Shown: positions 49,046 through 61,684, counted from the first letter of the whole stretch. The stretch: 62,183 bases of DNA, filler included, from Perkinsus olseni (GCA_013115125.1; 5 parts of 5 records of this genome joined end to end with filler, not necessarily neighbours in it); one strand, 5' to 3'. Notes: a model not told the origin generated them from the sequence alone. A program made the numbers and translations.

Positions 49046-50399
49046 CCCGCTGATCGGATATGAGAAGTCCCATGATGGGATCCTGCTCGTTCTTGTTATC
49101 AACAAAGACATTTGCAGCTAAGCCACCGTTGCCGATTGGAATCGAGTTGACGTAGGTGGTAGCATCCTTCTCTGGAGAAAGATCCGTCCAAGTCACGAGA
49201 GGGGGCTCGTAGGAGCAACCCGTCCTGACGGCGAGAAAGCCGAGCAGAAGGGCCAGACACAAGGGCATTTTAATAAAATGTATACTATGGCGCTTTGTTA
49301 TCGGCATCTTCGTGAATTGTTGTAAACGAATCTTGTCTATTCGACCAGTATTAACAGATATCGAACGAGTCTGAATCGAGTGGGGTACACGGTACACCGT
49401 CGCTAGAACGGACCTACCAGGAATCTCATAACTCGAAGCGCCGAAGATTGTCACGTGGCTCAGTTGACTCTAACGCAAGAGTGAAGAAGCAACTGTGTAG
49501 GCAGCATAGCTAAAGGCTAAGCAGCGCAACCATAGATACAATACTAAGGATACCATTCTCATTCCTCAGCATTATCACACATAAGGAAGCATCAGATCAG
49601 CAATACTCAGTACCTCAAACACTTAGGAATGAGCCTTTCACAGCTCTGTATACTGTAACAAGATCCCAGTCACTCATCTTGTGTCTGCGTACACAGTAGC
49701 ACGCGAGCGCACACGGGAAAATACGTTCGTAAAATCCCAAAGAATACGGGAGTGCGGGAAGGAAAACACCAAACCTGAAACCCGAGCATTGCTCGGCGAG
49801 NNNNNNNNNNNNNNNNNNNNNNNNNNNNNNNNNNNNNNNNNNNNTTAATTAATTAANNNNNNNNNNNNNNNNNNNNNNNNNNNNNNNNNNNNNNNNNNNN
49901 ACATTTAAAGTGATGCCCTTCAATGGCTTTTTCTCTCGGGGCACTTTGAATTTTGGTACCACCGTGCGAGCGTCAGCCCATTCCCTGCTATAGCTGCGTG
50001 TCCCCGCGAATGCATCACTCTGCGGCCATCGGAACCCTTCCGTCGACCTGAGCGGTTCTTCAGTCTACGAGCGTTCAGATACGGGCGTCTATGCGTTCGT
50101 CGGCAGTCGAGACGGCGATATATTTCATCTCCTACTAGATGGTCGCGGGCTCACGTGTCTCGGACGAGTGAGTATTCGTCCAGACTTTCCGATCTTGTAT
50201 TAGCTGTTCCTGTAGAACCCTGAGTTACATTTTGTTTCTCTATGGCCTCTTTTTCCCTTTCGCATTGGGCGTAGAGTATCATAGTTGTTCGAAGGAACAA
50301 CATCATATATACTGGCAGTACATTTAGAAGGAATCGAGCAGTATTATATGTTGTAGAGAACGGCTTTTGTCCTGCTACCGTATGAGAACAACTTGGTCA

Positions 50400-52130
50400 T
50401 GAGGAGAGCAACAGCCCTAGTGTATTTCCCGTTTTGATACAGGTGCAAGGTGGGCCGTCGGGTTGCTCTACGCGCCTGGCTCAAATTGAGACCCGGGATG
50501 GCGATGACGTTCCCATTGCTCTCTTCAAGAACTCATCTCTAGCAGTCTTATGCGAATACAGCACAAAAGTTGCCACCGAAAATTCAAGTGCGTCAGAAGG
50601 TAAACCATCTTCTGGCTTGATGGTTGCGCAGGAAAAAATACGGAATTTTGAGAAATTGTTGAGGATAATCTTCCTCAATATAATTTCCCAGGATAATCTG
50701 ATTGGGCTTCATTCCGTCATTTTCCTTCTATGAGGTCCGGGGTGCCTCGCAGGTGGAGAGAAGAAGCCTGAAGAAGTTGGATTCTCCGTACACCCAGTCC
50801 CCTTGGGGTTGGCGCCGCTCTTGGTCGGAGAGATAGGGCCTAACGGCAGAGTCGCCGTTGTTGCCACTACGGCGTTGCCTGACGGACGGCCGCATATCGT
50901 TATTGGTAAAACTGTTCGTTCTCGGAGGGCGCTCGTTGATGCTCTTTGATAGGTAACATCGATGATGATATCATGCCGTGTGCTACGTTCAACTACGTAA
51001 GAATTTTTTTTGGTGGGGTCGAAATCATGTGATTCTTGAGCCTTTTTTATGAATAAGGAATATCTCACCAGATTGAAGCCTTCAGAAACATATTCCCGCT
51101 AGGGAGACCTTCGTTTACAACTAGCCCGTTTTCTCTTCGATTTTGTGCTTGGAGGTTGAAAAGCTGAAAAGGAAGTTAATGAGACCTTCCGGTGAACGGT
51201 GCATGATGGGTATAAATGATACACTTTTTTCTGTGGTAATCGCAGGCGAAAAGGTCACCATTTCACTGTGAAATGGTGACCTTTTTTCCTGCGAGTTCGG
51301 GTGAACTTTCACATCTCGTGGTCACTGGGGGATGATATGATTCCCGCAATTCGCCACTACCTGACTTTGCGCTTCCGGTGTCCGCCTTGCGCCTCGTCGG
51401 AATAAGCTTTTCCCTTCTTTCCAGACGATGCCGTATTATTGCCGTACACTAGAAGTTGTTGATAAGAACACTGCTTTCTCCATCTGCCGCCTGCCCAGCA
51501 CCGGCCGCTGGGCAGTTACTCAGATTTCGATCAAACCTGAAAGCATTGGCCCGGCAGGTGAGCTCTGCTTTGATTCAAGTTCTCTCAGAGTGATACCGTT
51601 GAACGGAGTGGCTCGAACATGGCGAATGCCCGTCCGATTAGCCCGTTCTTGATGGGAGACTCATACGACTAGCCTGATCTCAGCAAATCTTAACGACCCG
51701 GCGGGCTATCCAGTGAATATCCGTCAATGGCTTCCCTTCGCTCCGGGCGACATTGGAAATGGGACCCATCGCGAAGTTCCGATATGTATCGCAATATGCA
51801 GTTTGAGACTGCCAGACTCGATGGCCGTGGTTGCCGTTGGTGAGTCCTCCCGACTCGCGAGCCCCTCGATGACCGGTACTTCTACGGTAGAAGGTCTACC
51901 CTCTTTGTTGTAGCCTGGTCTTCGATGTTCATTTTCCTCCCAACTCGTGATTTGGGCGCTGCTATGTTTTCGGTGAACTTAGGCACATGCTACGAGCCTT
52001 TGGAAGCTCTTGGGGTAAAGAATTCGGCAAGGGCGTCGGCTGAAGATGGAATCGACATCGATCATGATGACGGTGAACATCCCACGGGGCCTCGCCAGTC
52101 ACGGGTGGCTGCTTCTCGTGGTTGACCATC
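50400..52130 (-). pseudogene. Possible decayed coding sequence of unknown family
   Basis: Consecutive minus-strand ORF fragments (50481-50678, 50709-51068, 51121-51312) with protein-like composition, interrupted by stops. Confidence 0.3.
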
Positions 52131-52317
52131 ATGGATTATTGAATCACGATTTTACTTCTCCTTACGTAGTGAGTTCTTTTTCGCTTTAAAAACTCAATCA
52201 GATACATCAGAGTAATCGAGCTTCTTTTCGTTCTCAGGCAAGACTACTGGAGGTCGGTTACTGCTACTAGATTCTGGGTCGTTGAAAATAATGTGCAATA
52301 TGAGTAAGATCGGATAT

Positions 52318-52339
52318 CTTCATTCAATGAAGTTCATTG
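52318..52339. other. Putative hAT excision footprint (8-mer CTTCATTG)
   Basis: CTTCATT + CAATGAAG + TTCATTG, exact. Confidence 0.78.
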
Positions 52340-54023
52340 ACCTTCGTAGGTATTCCATTCACTCCGGTGGATAACATTTGCTGTGTTACGGAGAATTTGA
52401 TCGCTTTCTCGAGCCATCAACGGATTGTAGCGATATGGGAGGAGAGACTGTTACGCTAAGGCTACCCGTGTAGTTCCTACTTTCCCCTCGGAAGGAGACT
52501 TCACGTAGCGGGGATGTTCGAATAAACTTCGTGACGGTGTGCAAGATGGACAGGGAATGGGGTCACGCATTTACACGACTCTCGCCGATCCCCGGGGAAT
52601 CCTGGAGCTTATGTGAGGAAAAGAGGGACAACCGTGCTGGCAGCTCTCATCTCGGGACAGTTCCAATGAACAAGCCCTACCGAAAGGACTTGGCTGAGCC
52701 GGAAGCGTTGTTCCTCGGGAGCAGCACTCACGACGGCCTGTTGGTGTTGGCTCTCTTCGAGGACTGCTTGAGACCGATGTATGTTTAACAGTATTTCTTT
52801 GCTACCCTCAAATGAGAGAATCTCATGCTAAGCGAGATCAACGGGAATGAGGCTCCCTTACTGTAGATATGTCCAGTCGTCGGCAAGATGTTTGACGGCA
52901 GTGAGATGCCTACCTGGAGGGAACGGAATATTATTCACCGATAGAGATGGTGAGTTGGCTTCGAGCTGCGCACTACGCGTGGTCCTAATGTGAAATGACT
53001 GCTCATTCCAAAAGCTATGCAAAGCTTGCGCACCACGGAACGATTTCCCCGCAAGTTCGTTGTCATTCAATACCCTACCGTTTGCGGTCATCGGGCCACT
53101 CCTGAAGAGCTTGTTTATGATGCGGAAGCGAGCTCAATCAGTTGAAAAAGTGCCCAATGAGAAGCGCGAGGTCATTGAATGTCCGCACTTTGGTATAACA
53201 GATGCTGCTTTGTGAAGGACTCATCTTAATCTATCTGTTGGCGATTCATGTGGAAAAGTTCATTCATATTTGGTGGATTAGCCTTTGGTGGTTGACGGCT
53301 GATAACCGTCGACTGTTTGTTTGGCTACTATTAGGGAAGGCCACTGGGCTACCCTCTGGATGGCGGCAAGCCGCGGTCGAGCGCGGTTCGGGAGTGAATT
53401 TGGCCTCCATTGGTCGGGCCTGAGCGAAGCCGATTACTTCTGACCGTTGGCCAGGACCAAAATTGGCGCGAAATTCAAGACTGAGGGAGAACGGTCGGTT
53501 ATCATTCTTATGAACCAGTCGACGGCATTCCTCGAGACTTCGAGCATGATTCCTCTTAGAAGCCTTGGGTTGCGCAATGCGGGCGCGATAATCCTGCTCC
53601 GAGAGGACCTTTCCGGGAGCCAGGGGTCATTATCACCATTTTGCTTATATTCGGCATAGGCGACGGACACTCGACAACAAAACAGAGCAAATAATGGCTG
53701 CAGATGAAAAATTTGTGGTCCCTTGAACAATGTCCACTGCACACACTCGTGCAGGAGCGCGCCTTGCGCGCTAGCGGATCCGAGTCTCGGATTCCCAGAG
53801 ACTTCGAGTGGGCGTCGGATGGAACCGAACATTCGCGAGCACTTCAGGTTGCTGATAGTTACCGACGCCTACTCTCAATTGCGATCAAACGCTCATCACT
53901 CGGAGCGCGTGCCTTTGGACCTACGGTCATGAGTTCGAGCGTCACGCAAGGCGCATAATTTTCTCGAGCTTCTTCGTGGGAGGCGCCTGGGGCTCGTCTT
54001 CGCTGTTGGTCTGTAGAACATGT

Positions 54024-54096
54024 GCCTCGGTAGCTCAGTCGGTAGAGCGCGTGCCTTTTAAGCCCGTGGTCGTGGGTTCGAGCCCCGCCCGAGGTG
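54024..54096 (+). tRNA. tRNA-Lys(TTT), one anticodon-stem mismatch
   Basis: GCCTCGG/CCGAGGT acceptor, GCTC-AGTCGGTA-GAGC D arm, CTTTTAA loop, TTCGAGC T-loop. Stem CGTGC/GCCCG has a T-C mismatch. Confidence 0.88.
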
Positions 54097-55478
54097 TACG
54101 GGTCGTTTAAGCTTGCGGTAGAGAGGCAGAAGTAATTATGGGTTGATGATCAATGGATACTCCCTCCGGGTCTCCTGTTGTGCCGCTCTTGCCCCCCGAC
54201 GACGGCTCATTTGCGCAGCGTGAGAAACTCATTGGTTGAAGACCTCACAGATATACTACAGGCTTGCAACTCTGAGAGGAGCCTGTTTTCAAATAGAGCA
54301 CATTGGGACCCCGTTGTCCCAATGTGGCCTTGGCCTATGATCTGCCTCCACCTCGAAGGGAAGGTTATCAACTCGCCTAAGAAGAGCTGTACTGAGTTGC
54401 TCTGACTGGTAATCGAATACCTTTCCATACCATCCAGAGTGGATGGTAGCTCCATACTTTCGAATACCTTACCGAATACGGATGAATCGGACGTGAAGGA
54501 TCCGGGTGTAAAACATCGGGCAGTCGGGAGATGGCGGCAGAATTCCGGGCTTTAATGCAGCACAAACGATAGATCTCACATAGCCCACTTTGGCAATCGA
54601 GGGAATTTCACTAAGATGGAGACTCCCAGTGGAGAGCATGTCGAACATCCCGCAACATACAACAAGTAAATGGCTATTCTCGTGTGGGCGTTGACTGAAA
54701 GACGCGTGGCGGCGGAAGCTCAGACAAGGCTCCGTCTTTTTTGGGTGCCAGACGCAAATTTTGGTCTCAAGTATTCGACTTCAGGTTGACGTTGGTCGAA
54801 CATATGCGAGCGTATTCAGGTTACGTTGGTGTACTCGGCAATAGCTTCCTACCCAGTAACGAGCAGGTTGACACCTTGCTATGTGAGATGGTTTCTACCA
54901 ACGTTGGGGAAGTGCTCACTGATGCCGTGGTCGTGGGAAATGCGGGTGGTGTTGGTAAACTTGGGACTTTTCCTACATCCATCGTTGCCCGCTTCCTCTT
55001 TCATCCTCAGGGTTCGAGTTGCTACTGCCAAGCATGTCGGGTTCGTTACGGAGGTTGTGTTTGAGGCGGAAGTTCGTGTCAACGAAGGCTATCGACGGAT
55101 TGAGGAAAGTCTCATTAGGGGGTAAAATGATCGTCATGAATTGGTGTGAGCGGGTGTTGGCCGACTAAAGTTATCTTGTTCAGGCGCGCGTGAGGTGTGC
55201 CGTCGCCTCTGCATTCTCCACGAGGAAGTTGCGCACCCCAGTATCATCAGAAGTTATAATTCTGTAAGACCCCCTCCCGTGGTCCTGGAGATCCGGCTGC
55301 TTCCATGACGATGGCGGAGTGACCTCTCCACCTTCTAGCTAACGGTGCATGTGGCTACGAGGTTGTTTGCAGTTGATTCCTGGGCGGCCTCTACCACAAG
55401 CCGTACTGGATGGCCTTGTAGTTCAACGTATGCATGAGTAAGGCAAGGATTCAGAGTTCTTTTGCGCCTTCTATGATG

Positions 55479-55500
55479 CTGAGACAGTCTCAGTGAAACT
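55479..55500. other. Putative hAT excision footprint (8-mer CTGAGACT)
   Basis: CTGAGAC + AGTCTCAG + TGAAACT (one mismatch). Confidence 0.7.
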
Positions 55501-57702
55501 TGCAATTCCTGATACTACCTTGCATTTTCTTGGGATTGGCCCTACCGTGTTACTACGCCCGTCTTTTTGCTACTGTAGTAGCCACAGCGCATTTCCAATG
55601 TGGCTTTGATCGAAGCTCGGTGAGCCCGCGTTGTGACTGGTGAGAGGTAACCACCGTGGACGCGCACGGTGCCGTTCGTCCGCTACAAATCTGTCTCACT
55701 CCACCTTGTTGTGCTTGCCGGTATATGAATCGAGCAGGGCAGTTTCTGGCGTCACTGCATAGCACCATTGAAGTTGCATGCTCGAGGGTTGGCTGGGACA
55801 CTCTCGGTGTGATGCTTGACTAAGAGCTGATAGCAAGCTGACCCCTGAGCTCCTGGAATTCTGGATTTTTGAGGTTGCTCGGCAGGCTATGGTCCGCTTT
55901 TCGCTGAATGTGTCCTAGTCCTCGAGTCGCGGGTCTTGAGGAATCTCTGTGATTGCTCGCCTCAATCTACGTTCTTCGTCTCCGTCTGCCGGGTCTCGCT
56001 CGTGGAGCACTTCTCGGTCATTGGTCGTAGGTTACACACCGAGGATGAGAGTGATTTCTACGCCTGCTTTGACCAAGAGATGACACGGAAGGAAGTCGAC
56101 ACATGCATGAAGCCGTTGTTTGACTCGTGACGCTATTGCTATGTGCCGTGTTGTCGAAGTACTAGTACCAGACCTGGGGTGTGAGAAGATTCGAATTTTA
56201 GCGTCGCGGTCAGTATTGTGATCGCTCAGGTTAGCACTTAATCTGATTACGCCAGTTCTCCGCGCTAAACTTTGAACTCACGCAGACGCAAGTTGAGGCG
56301 TCTAGCCGATGCGGTCTGGCGTGAAAGAAGCTTTAGAGGGGCCTTTGTGAACAACTGCACGAAATGTGTATTCTTCGGTAGCAACTTGCTGGTCATTGCC
56401 GATGCTGGTGAGTCACGGTGTTTCTGATTCGTTCCAATTCGGTTTCACGCTTCTCGTTCGAAGGAAGATTATGAACGAAATTCTTTTGAAACCGCCTGGC
56501 CGTTTCGTCGACGCTAGTGCGGCCTTTGATCGAAGACAGTTCTCTATCGTTTTGTTCCGATTAGAGCAAACCAGAACATGTCACCAGACTGACTGCCCCG
56601 TTTCGATTTTCAGGGTTATTGGTGTGCAGTTCCAGCAAATGAGTTTCACATTATACTCTGCATTTACCGCTCTGCTCCAGCCGACTATAGCTCCCAATTG
56701 GATAGACACTGTACACGGCCCTGTATACCCGGGGAAGTTTTTCCGCGAGAGTAAGTCAGCCAGATGTTCCTCTTTGATGAGTTCCTGCTAGGACTTTCGA
56801 CGGCAGCTCGTTTGGACCCTCTGTGTGCTTCTTTCAGTATATGCGGAGTTCAAGGCTTCGTTGAAAGACTTCGACTGGGACGTATATGCCAACGGTAGAG
56901 GCCACCTCGTGGAGCCTGGGAAGTTTAAATGTTTCGGAAAGTGGAGAGACGCTGTAGTTTACGGTGCGAGGAAGCAGGAGATCAAAGAGTAGGTTACACT
57001 GTAACCTGTCTTCTCTCCAGGGTCGGCAGCTTGGCCCAGTAGCCCGCGGTGCCGGTAGGGGGCCCGATGAGAAAGATCGTACGCTTTCAGGTTGTGTGTC
57101 CGTTTGCACGAGAAGCAGCAAGATGACTGGGAGTACAAGGACTCTCCGGCGGATTACAGTAAGATCTTTTTCTCCACAGTGCTCAATTTCATCCGGGTAT
57201 TTCAGATTGCATTCTCGATCCGAACGATGACGGAAACGATTACGGGCGGAAAAACCGCGATTGGTTGTAGGTTACGCTAACCTTGAGGCGTTGCTGGATC
57301 ATCCGTTTGATTGTCTTCCTCCCACAGATGCTACGAGAAGACACGCAAGTGGGTCTTGTTGCCCCCCCATGGCCCCTCCCTAGACCCAGACTGTCCTGTT
57401 GAAGACCTGGAGTTTTATGCTCCTCGATGTACGACAGGATCTTCGCTTCACCTAGCAATTGTATCTGCCGAGTGCTGCTCATGATGTTTCTGCAAGTCCA
57501 CGTTCTTTTTAGGGTACCCCTACCAAAGTCCACCGCCCTGGTGTACCTACAGTTGGTCTGTCAAGTATCAAACTTGTTATTGCCATCCTGAGCTTGATAG
57601 ATGGTCTCCATACGACACGTCTTTGAGAGTGAGGTAGAACACAGCCTCACCGGAATGTTCTCACAAATTGTCGTTATAGTTTGAGTCCTCACGAGTGACA
57701 CT

Positions 57703-58977
57703 ATGCTATTCCCGTTCCTCAGGGCCTGTCCGCCGGACAAGTCCGTATTTATTGCCCCACGTCAAGTGCCTCTTAAAGAGTGGATGAAGTTGAAGTATCC
57801 GACTAATACTACGTCAACCCCCACCACAGCCAACGCAACAATCACAACTACCGCAACGACAACAATCACAACAACCACAACCACCACGACTACTACAACT
57901 ACGACTATTACTGCCACCACGATGGCGTCCTCTACCTCAACTGATACGGCACCCGATGAGACTTCCACGTGGGTATCGACCAGTACTGCAGTAGCCGTTC
58001 CGCCCACAACACCTACCGCCTTGGTTACGTCTGCTGCTGCAACACCGGCTGGCACGTCGACCACCAGGACTTCCACCAAATGCTTATGTCCATCTCCCTC
58101 AGCGACAGCGTCTGCTTTAAGGACATCATCGCCCGCTACGACTGCCGAAACGACTCCGGCTCTTGTCACAACGGCTGACTCTGTCACGCCCAGCAGCGCT
58201 ATCACCACTACGAGCGCTGGTAGCTCTGAATCAACCTATGGCGGTGTTAGTCCCATTGACGACACACCGGCATTAGAAGAGGATGGAGATCCCAGAGTTG
58301 GAGCTTCAACGGTTGCTCCCAGTAATCGTTGTAGTAGGTTTGGTCGGATCCTGCTGAATTTGCTTCTCAGGTATCAGCGCTTGTGGTGAGCACGGTGCTT
58401 GGTCCTCTGTTGAGCAGTTGTGCGTGTGCCATGACGGTTGGAAAACCGTCGGCTCCGAGTAGGGTCGCTGATAGGGGCATCGGTCGATGTGTGTTGTTCC
58501 TCAGTCCTTGCGGTGCCCTCATATCGTCGATTCTTGGAGGGGATGGTGGGATGGTAAGCACTGCTGCTGTTCGACATATCCATTCATTCTGACTCGAGGC
58601 TTCTACATCAGGGAGAGATGGCCTCTAGCGACAACGACTCGAGCGGGAACGGATGGTTTCTTATCGCAATCATTCTAGTGGTGATTATCATCGGAGTTGC
58701 ATGTTTCTTCCTGTGAGTGAGGGGCGCTCTCCTCGGGTCACCCTGTCATAGGTGGTTTTGAACCCTGGCCATTCCCGCTCCACATGGTATTGCAGCCCTA
58801 CCTTCTTCATTTTTCAGGCGGCGTTTCTACCACACCCGCGGTTTCTACGCGCCCACGTTGCGTCGATCATCGCACACGAAGTCACAGAACATTAGAGACT
58901 GGCGTCTGTCTGAGATTACTATCCCGCCACGACCTGACTGGTCGCGAAGTGCACGCCCTAGGCCAATGGTCGTTTAA
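57703..58977 (+). CDS. 3' part of a type I membrane protein with a Thr-rich mucin-like stalk (upstream exons probably in 54700-57700, unresolved)
   Basis: Poly-Thr/Ser/Ala/Pro exon; later exon 'GWFLIAIILVVIIIGVACFFL' followed by a basic tail 'RRFYHTR...MVV*'. Confidence 0.62.
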
Positions 58978-60191
58978 TTGACGCTTGGGCTCTATAATGC
59001 AGTGCAAGAACTTCGTAGTGATTAAACTCACTATACTATAATCGGTATTACATTGGTAATCAAATGAGACCCGGTCGGAGGTTCCGGGCGAGTTCCCTCT
59101 CAGCTGAGTTCACGTCGGCAAGGTGGTGATACCAAAGTATGAAGTAATCTTCATTACTTATCTCAAGCTTCAAAGAGATTAGTTGCGTCGATAGTCAGTA
59201 AACTCCCTGGGACGCGGTCAGCAGGTTCCTGAGCTCTCACGATGCCTCTGCTGAGAATATGAAATGCAAACCCCGCGCTGAAAGTGCGTCCCACCCAACA
59301 CTCGCAACTAAACTCGCCCACCCTTGCCAGAAATGTAGCCTGCGGCTCCAAATTGGTACTGTCGTGGCCTCACCACCGACACACCCAATTTGGACAAGTA
59401 ACTTCCCCCCTACAAAGAAGAGAAAGAAAAAAAAATGATGGGCTCAGGGCAACTGAGAGACTATTAATCGACAATGGTACGCTTTAACGGGGCTCCACCA
59501 ATCGAAAGGACTCGCGACGACACTGTGGGGAAGTCAGAGCTAGTGCCTGGGGCGCGCGCTCTCATCGCTGGATTTGCACCACTCTACACTTTGTGTAGCG
59601 CTACAAACAACCTTGTAGTCAAGTTGTTGTTAGCGAAGAGAATTGCAGCGATAGTAAAAACACACAGGACGAGAGTGTGTGCGTGCGCAAGCTTTGTGAC
59701 ATCATGAGACCGCACAGCGAAGAAACGCCGTCGGTGTTCATGAGTTCATAGACATGGTGTTACAAAGTGAGTGGCGAAATACGCAGCACAGTGGCGCTCA
59801 CGCTCTCAGATTTTTTTTAACTCCTGGTCAAATGTGTGGTGCATTGAGTACTCTGTGCTTGTGGCAAGGGCCGGTCATCGAGATCCTCTTCACGGCTCAG
59901 CAATGAGCTGCGAGGCTTGGTCACGTTATACTTGAGGCAAGGGCCATATCTGGTGAGAAGCTACTCCCAGCTCAGAGATGGTTTTGAACGCCATCAACAC
60001 CTTGGTAACGTGCCACGAAGCGCAGTGGGTCGCCACCGGTGCTGCGAAGACCATTACCAGTGTCACATCTTCGTAGAGAGCCGCTCGTTGCGACTCAGCA
60101 ATGGACAGTGAGCGAATCAATCATCGTCGACTAAGCTTCGAACATTAGCTAATCATGTTACCCGTCGACTCTGTTTGGCCTTGCGGACCTG

Positions 60192-60213
60192 CATACTTCA
60201 AGTATGATACTTG
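60192..60213. other. Putative hAT excision footprint (8-mer CATACTTG)
   Basis: CATACTT + CAAGTATG + ATACTTG, exact. Confidence 0.72.
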
Positions 60214-60589
60214 AGTATGCAACAGTAATTCTACTCTCAGCATGTTCCTTCTCTGTCTTTATCTTGCGTAAGCGATTACCTTGGTTCTTGAGGCGTTTCC
60301 GCTGGAATCCTTCCAACCTTTAGCGCGGTCTGGTTAAGTCGGCCGTTGAGATGAGGGCGCGTATCGCTGAGATTGCAACCGGGGAGTCGTGGAGAGAGAC
60401 AATCCGTTGAGCTTCAATATTAGACCTCCTCTTGGGTACGAGTTCCACGTAGTGGTACATTACGGAATCGAGCGCATCGCTAGGTGGTCACTCAACGGAT
60501 CCGGATAAGCCGTTCTTCGCTTTCGCTTGAGCTATGTGCAGCCTGGCAACGCCTTTGCCTTCGCTCCCGGACTATCCCCGGCGGCGGAG

Positions 60590-61684
60590 ATGCTTAATGT
60601 TCTCGGAGTGCCGGCCGACATAGGCCCGTGCCTAGTCGATTGGCTTGTGAGGGAAAGCTTAGATAGGCTTGAGATCATCGCGAAGATGAGCGAAAGCGAC
60701 TGGGTTACCTTTATCGAGGACAACCTTGAACGCCAAAGGGTCGATGGCGTGGAAGAGGGAGTCCCGAGTCTGAACGCGGATCGTGCTCAGGCGGCTAGGC
60801 TCTACGGTTCAACAATGAGCGATGAGGCTCGTCGTCTTCAGAAGGAGGGAAATGAGCAAGCTAGGAGCTCAGCTCCAGATCGAGATGCGATGAGCATGGT
60901 GCAAGCCGCCAGGGAGAGGCTGGGATTTATCAGCCCAGACCTTCTGCCGGATGTGAGGGTTCCCACTAATATGATAAAATCTCCGGCTGCGTACGTGGAG
61001 TTCAGCAACTTTGACGAGTCCCATGCTGGGGCTACGGCAAGACAACGGATTCGCCCGACGGTGACCGGTGCTGTGGTCGTCACTCTGGAGGAGGAGATCA
61101 ACGACCCGGAAAAGGGTACCAGCCCGCCACGATTCAGCATGGGCAGGTGGATGATGCAGTTTGCGAGATACTCTACCGCTCTCATGGTGATTGATCCTGA
61201 CTGTGCTGGGAACTGCGCAGTTTTCAGTCGCTACCAACTAGAAGTTGAGTACCTTGCTGACGAAACATCTTGCAAGGACGCCTTGGAGGCCGTAGCCAAG
61301 TATCGTAGATCTATCTCGAAGAAAGTTCTGTCCGGTATACCACTCTGGCAATGCTTCACAGAGGATCACTTTCGAAACTCCTTCGACAGAGCGTTGTCGG
61401 AGGCTGCTGGTAGGGAGGCATACAGAGAGGTCACCCGAACGTCCAAGGGCAAAGGCTCCGGTAAGGGCTCCAGTAAGGGCTACGGTAAGGGCTTCGGCAA
61501 AGGGTCTGGCAAAGGGCCTGGTAAGGGACGGAAAGACAGCCACTGCAGTCCGTGGTCTGAGGATGAGAGCTGGGGCTGGGGCCAATGGGGCAGCAAAGAG
61601 AATAATTCGTCCAAGAGGGGCCAAGGAGGCCAGTCTCAGTCCTCTGGTCCTCCACCCAAGAAGCCGAAGACTGAGTCTCACTGA
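60590..61684 (+). CDS. Intronless ORF resembling the gag of DIRS/Ngaro (tyrosine-recombinase) retroelements, with a GKG-repeat basic tail
   Basis: 'W..QF.RY..AL....P......F.RY...V..LA.......A.....YR' spacing recalls DIRS-type gag. 'KGKGSGKGSSKGYGKGFGKGSGKGPGKG' is encoded by 12-nt repeats. Confidence 0.55.
   Translation: MLNVLGVPADIGPCLVDWLVRESLDRLEIIAKMSESDWVTFIEDNLERQRVDGVEEGVPSLNADRAQAARLYGSTMSDEARRLQKEGNEQARSSAPDRDAMSMVQAARERLGFISPDLLPDVRVPTNMIKSPAAYVEFSNFDESHAGATARQRIRPTVTGAVVVTLEEEINDPEKGTSPPRFSMGRWMMQFARYSTALMVIDPDCAGNCAVFSRYQLEVEYLADETSCKDALEAVAKYRRSISKKVLSGIPLWQCFTEDHFRNSFDRALSEAAGREAYREVTRTSKGKGSGKGSSKGYGKGFGKGSGKGPGKGRKDSHCSPWSEDESWGWGQWGSKENNSSKRGQGGQSQSSGPPPKKPKTESH

Larger units (their letters stand above)
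46874..49268 (-). pseudogene. Secreted GH95-like / DUF5703 glycoside hydrolase pseudogene
   Basis: Signal peptide 'MPLCLALLLGFLAV'; 'SIPIGNG', 'PLKFNGMLFT', 'DFRQWGGLNWWQNVRLPY', 'NVENADLYAVHPY', 'GWNQ', 'LLFPAWP..WDVSFKL'. One intron (48863-48933), a 14-nt frameshift near 49035 and an in-frame TAG at 47771-47773. Confidence 0.82.

Noticed and set aside
54428-54448. 9-bp stem-loop TACCATCCA-GAG-TGGATGGTA
   Set aside because: 3-nt loop and no flanking 8-mer duplication; it does not fit the footprint geometry and no function can be supported.
57762-58208. Poly-Val ORF and many other short antisense or overlapping ORFs in the track
   Set aside because: Shadow frames of real exons or low-complexity sequence, with no independent support.
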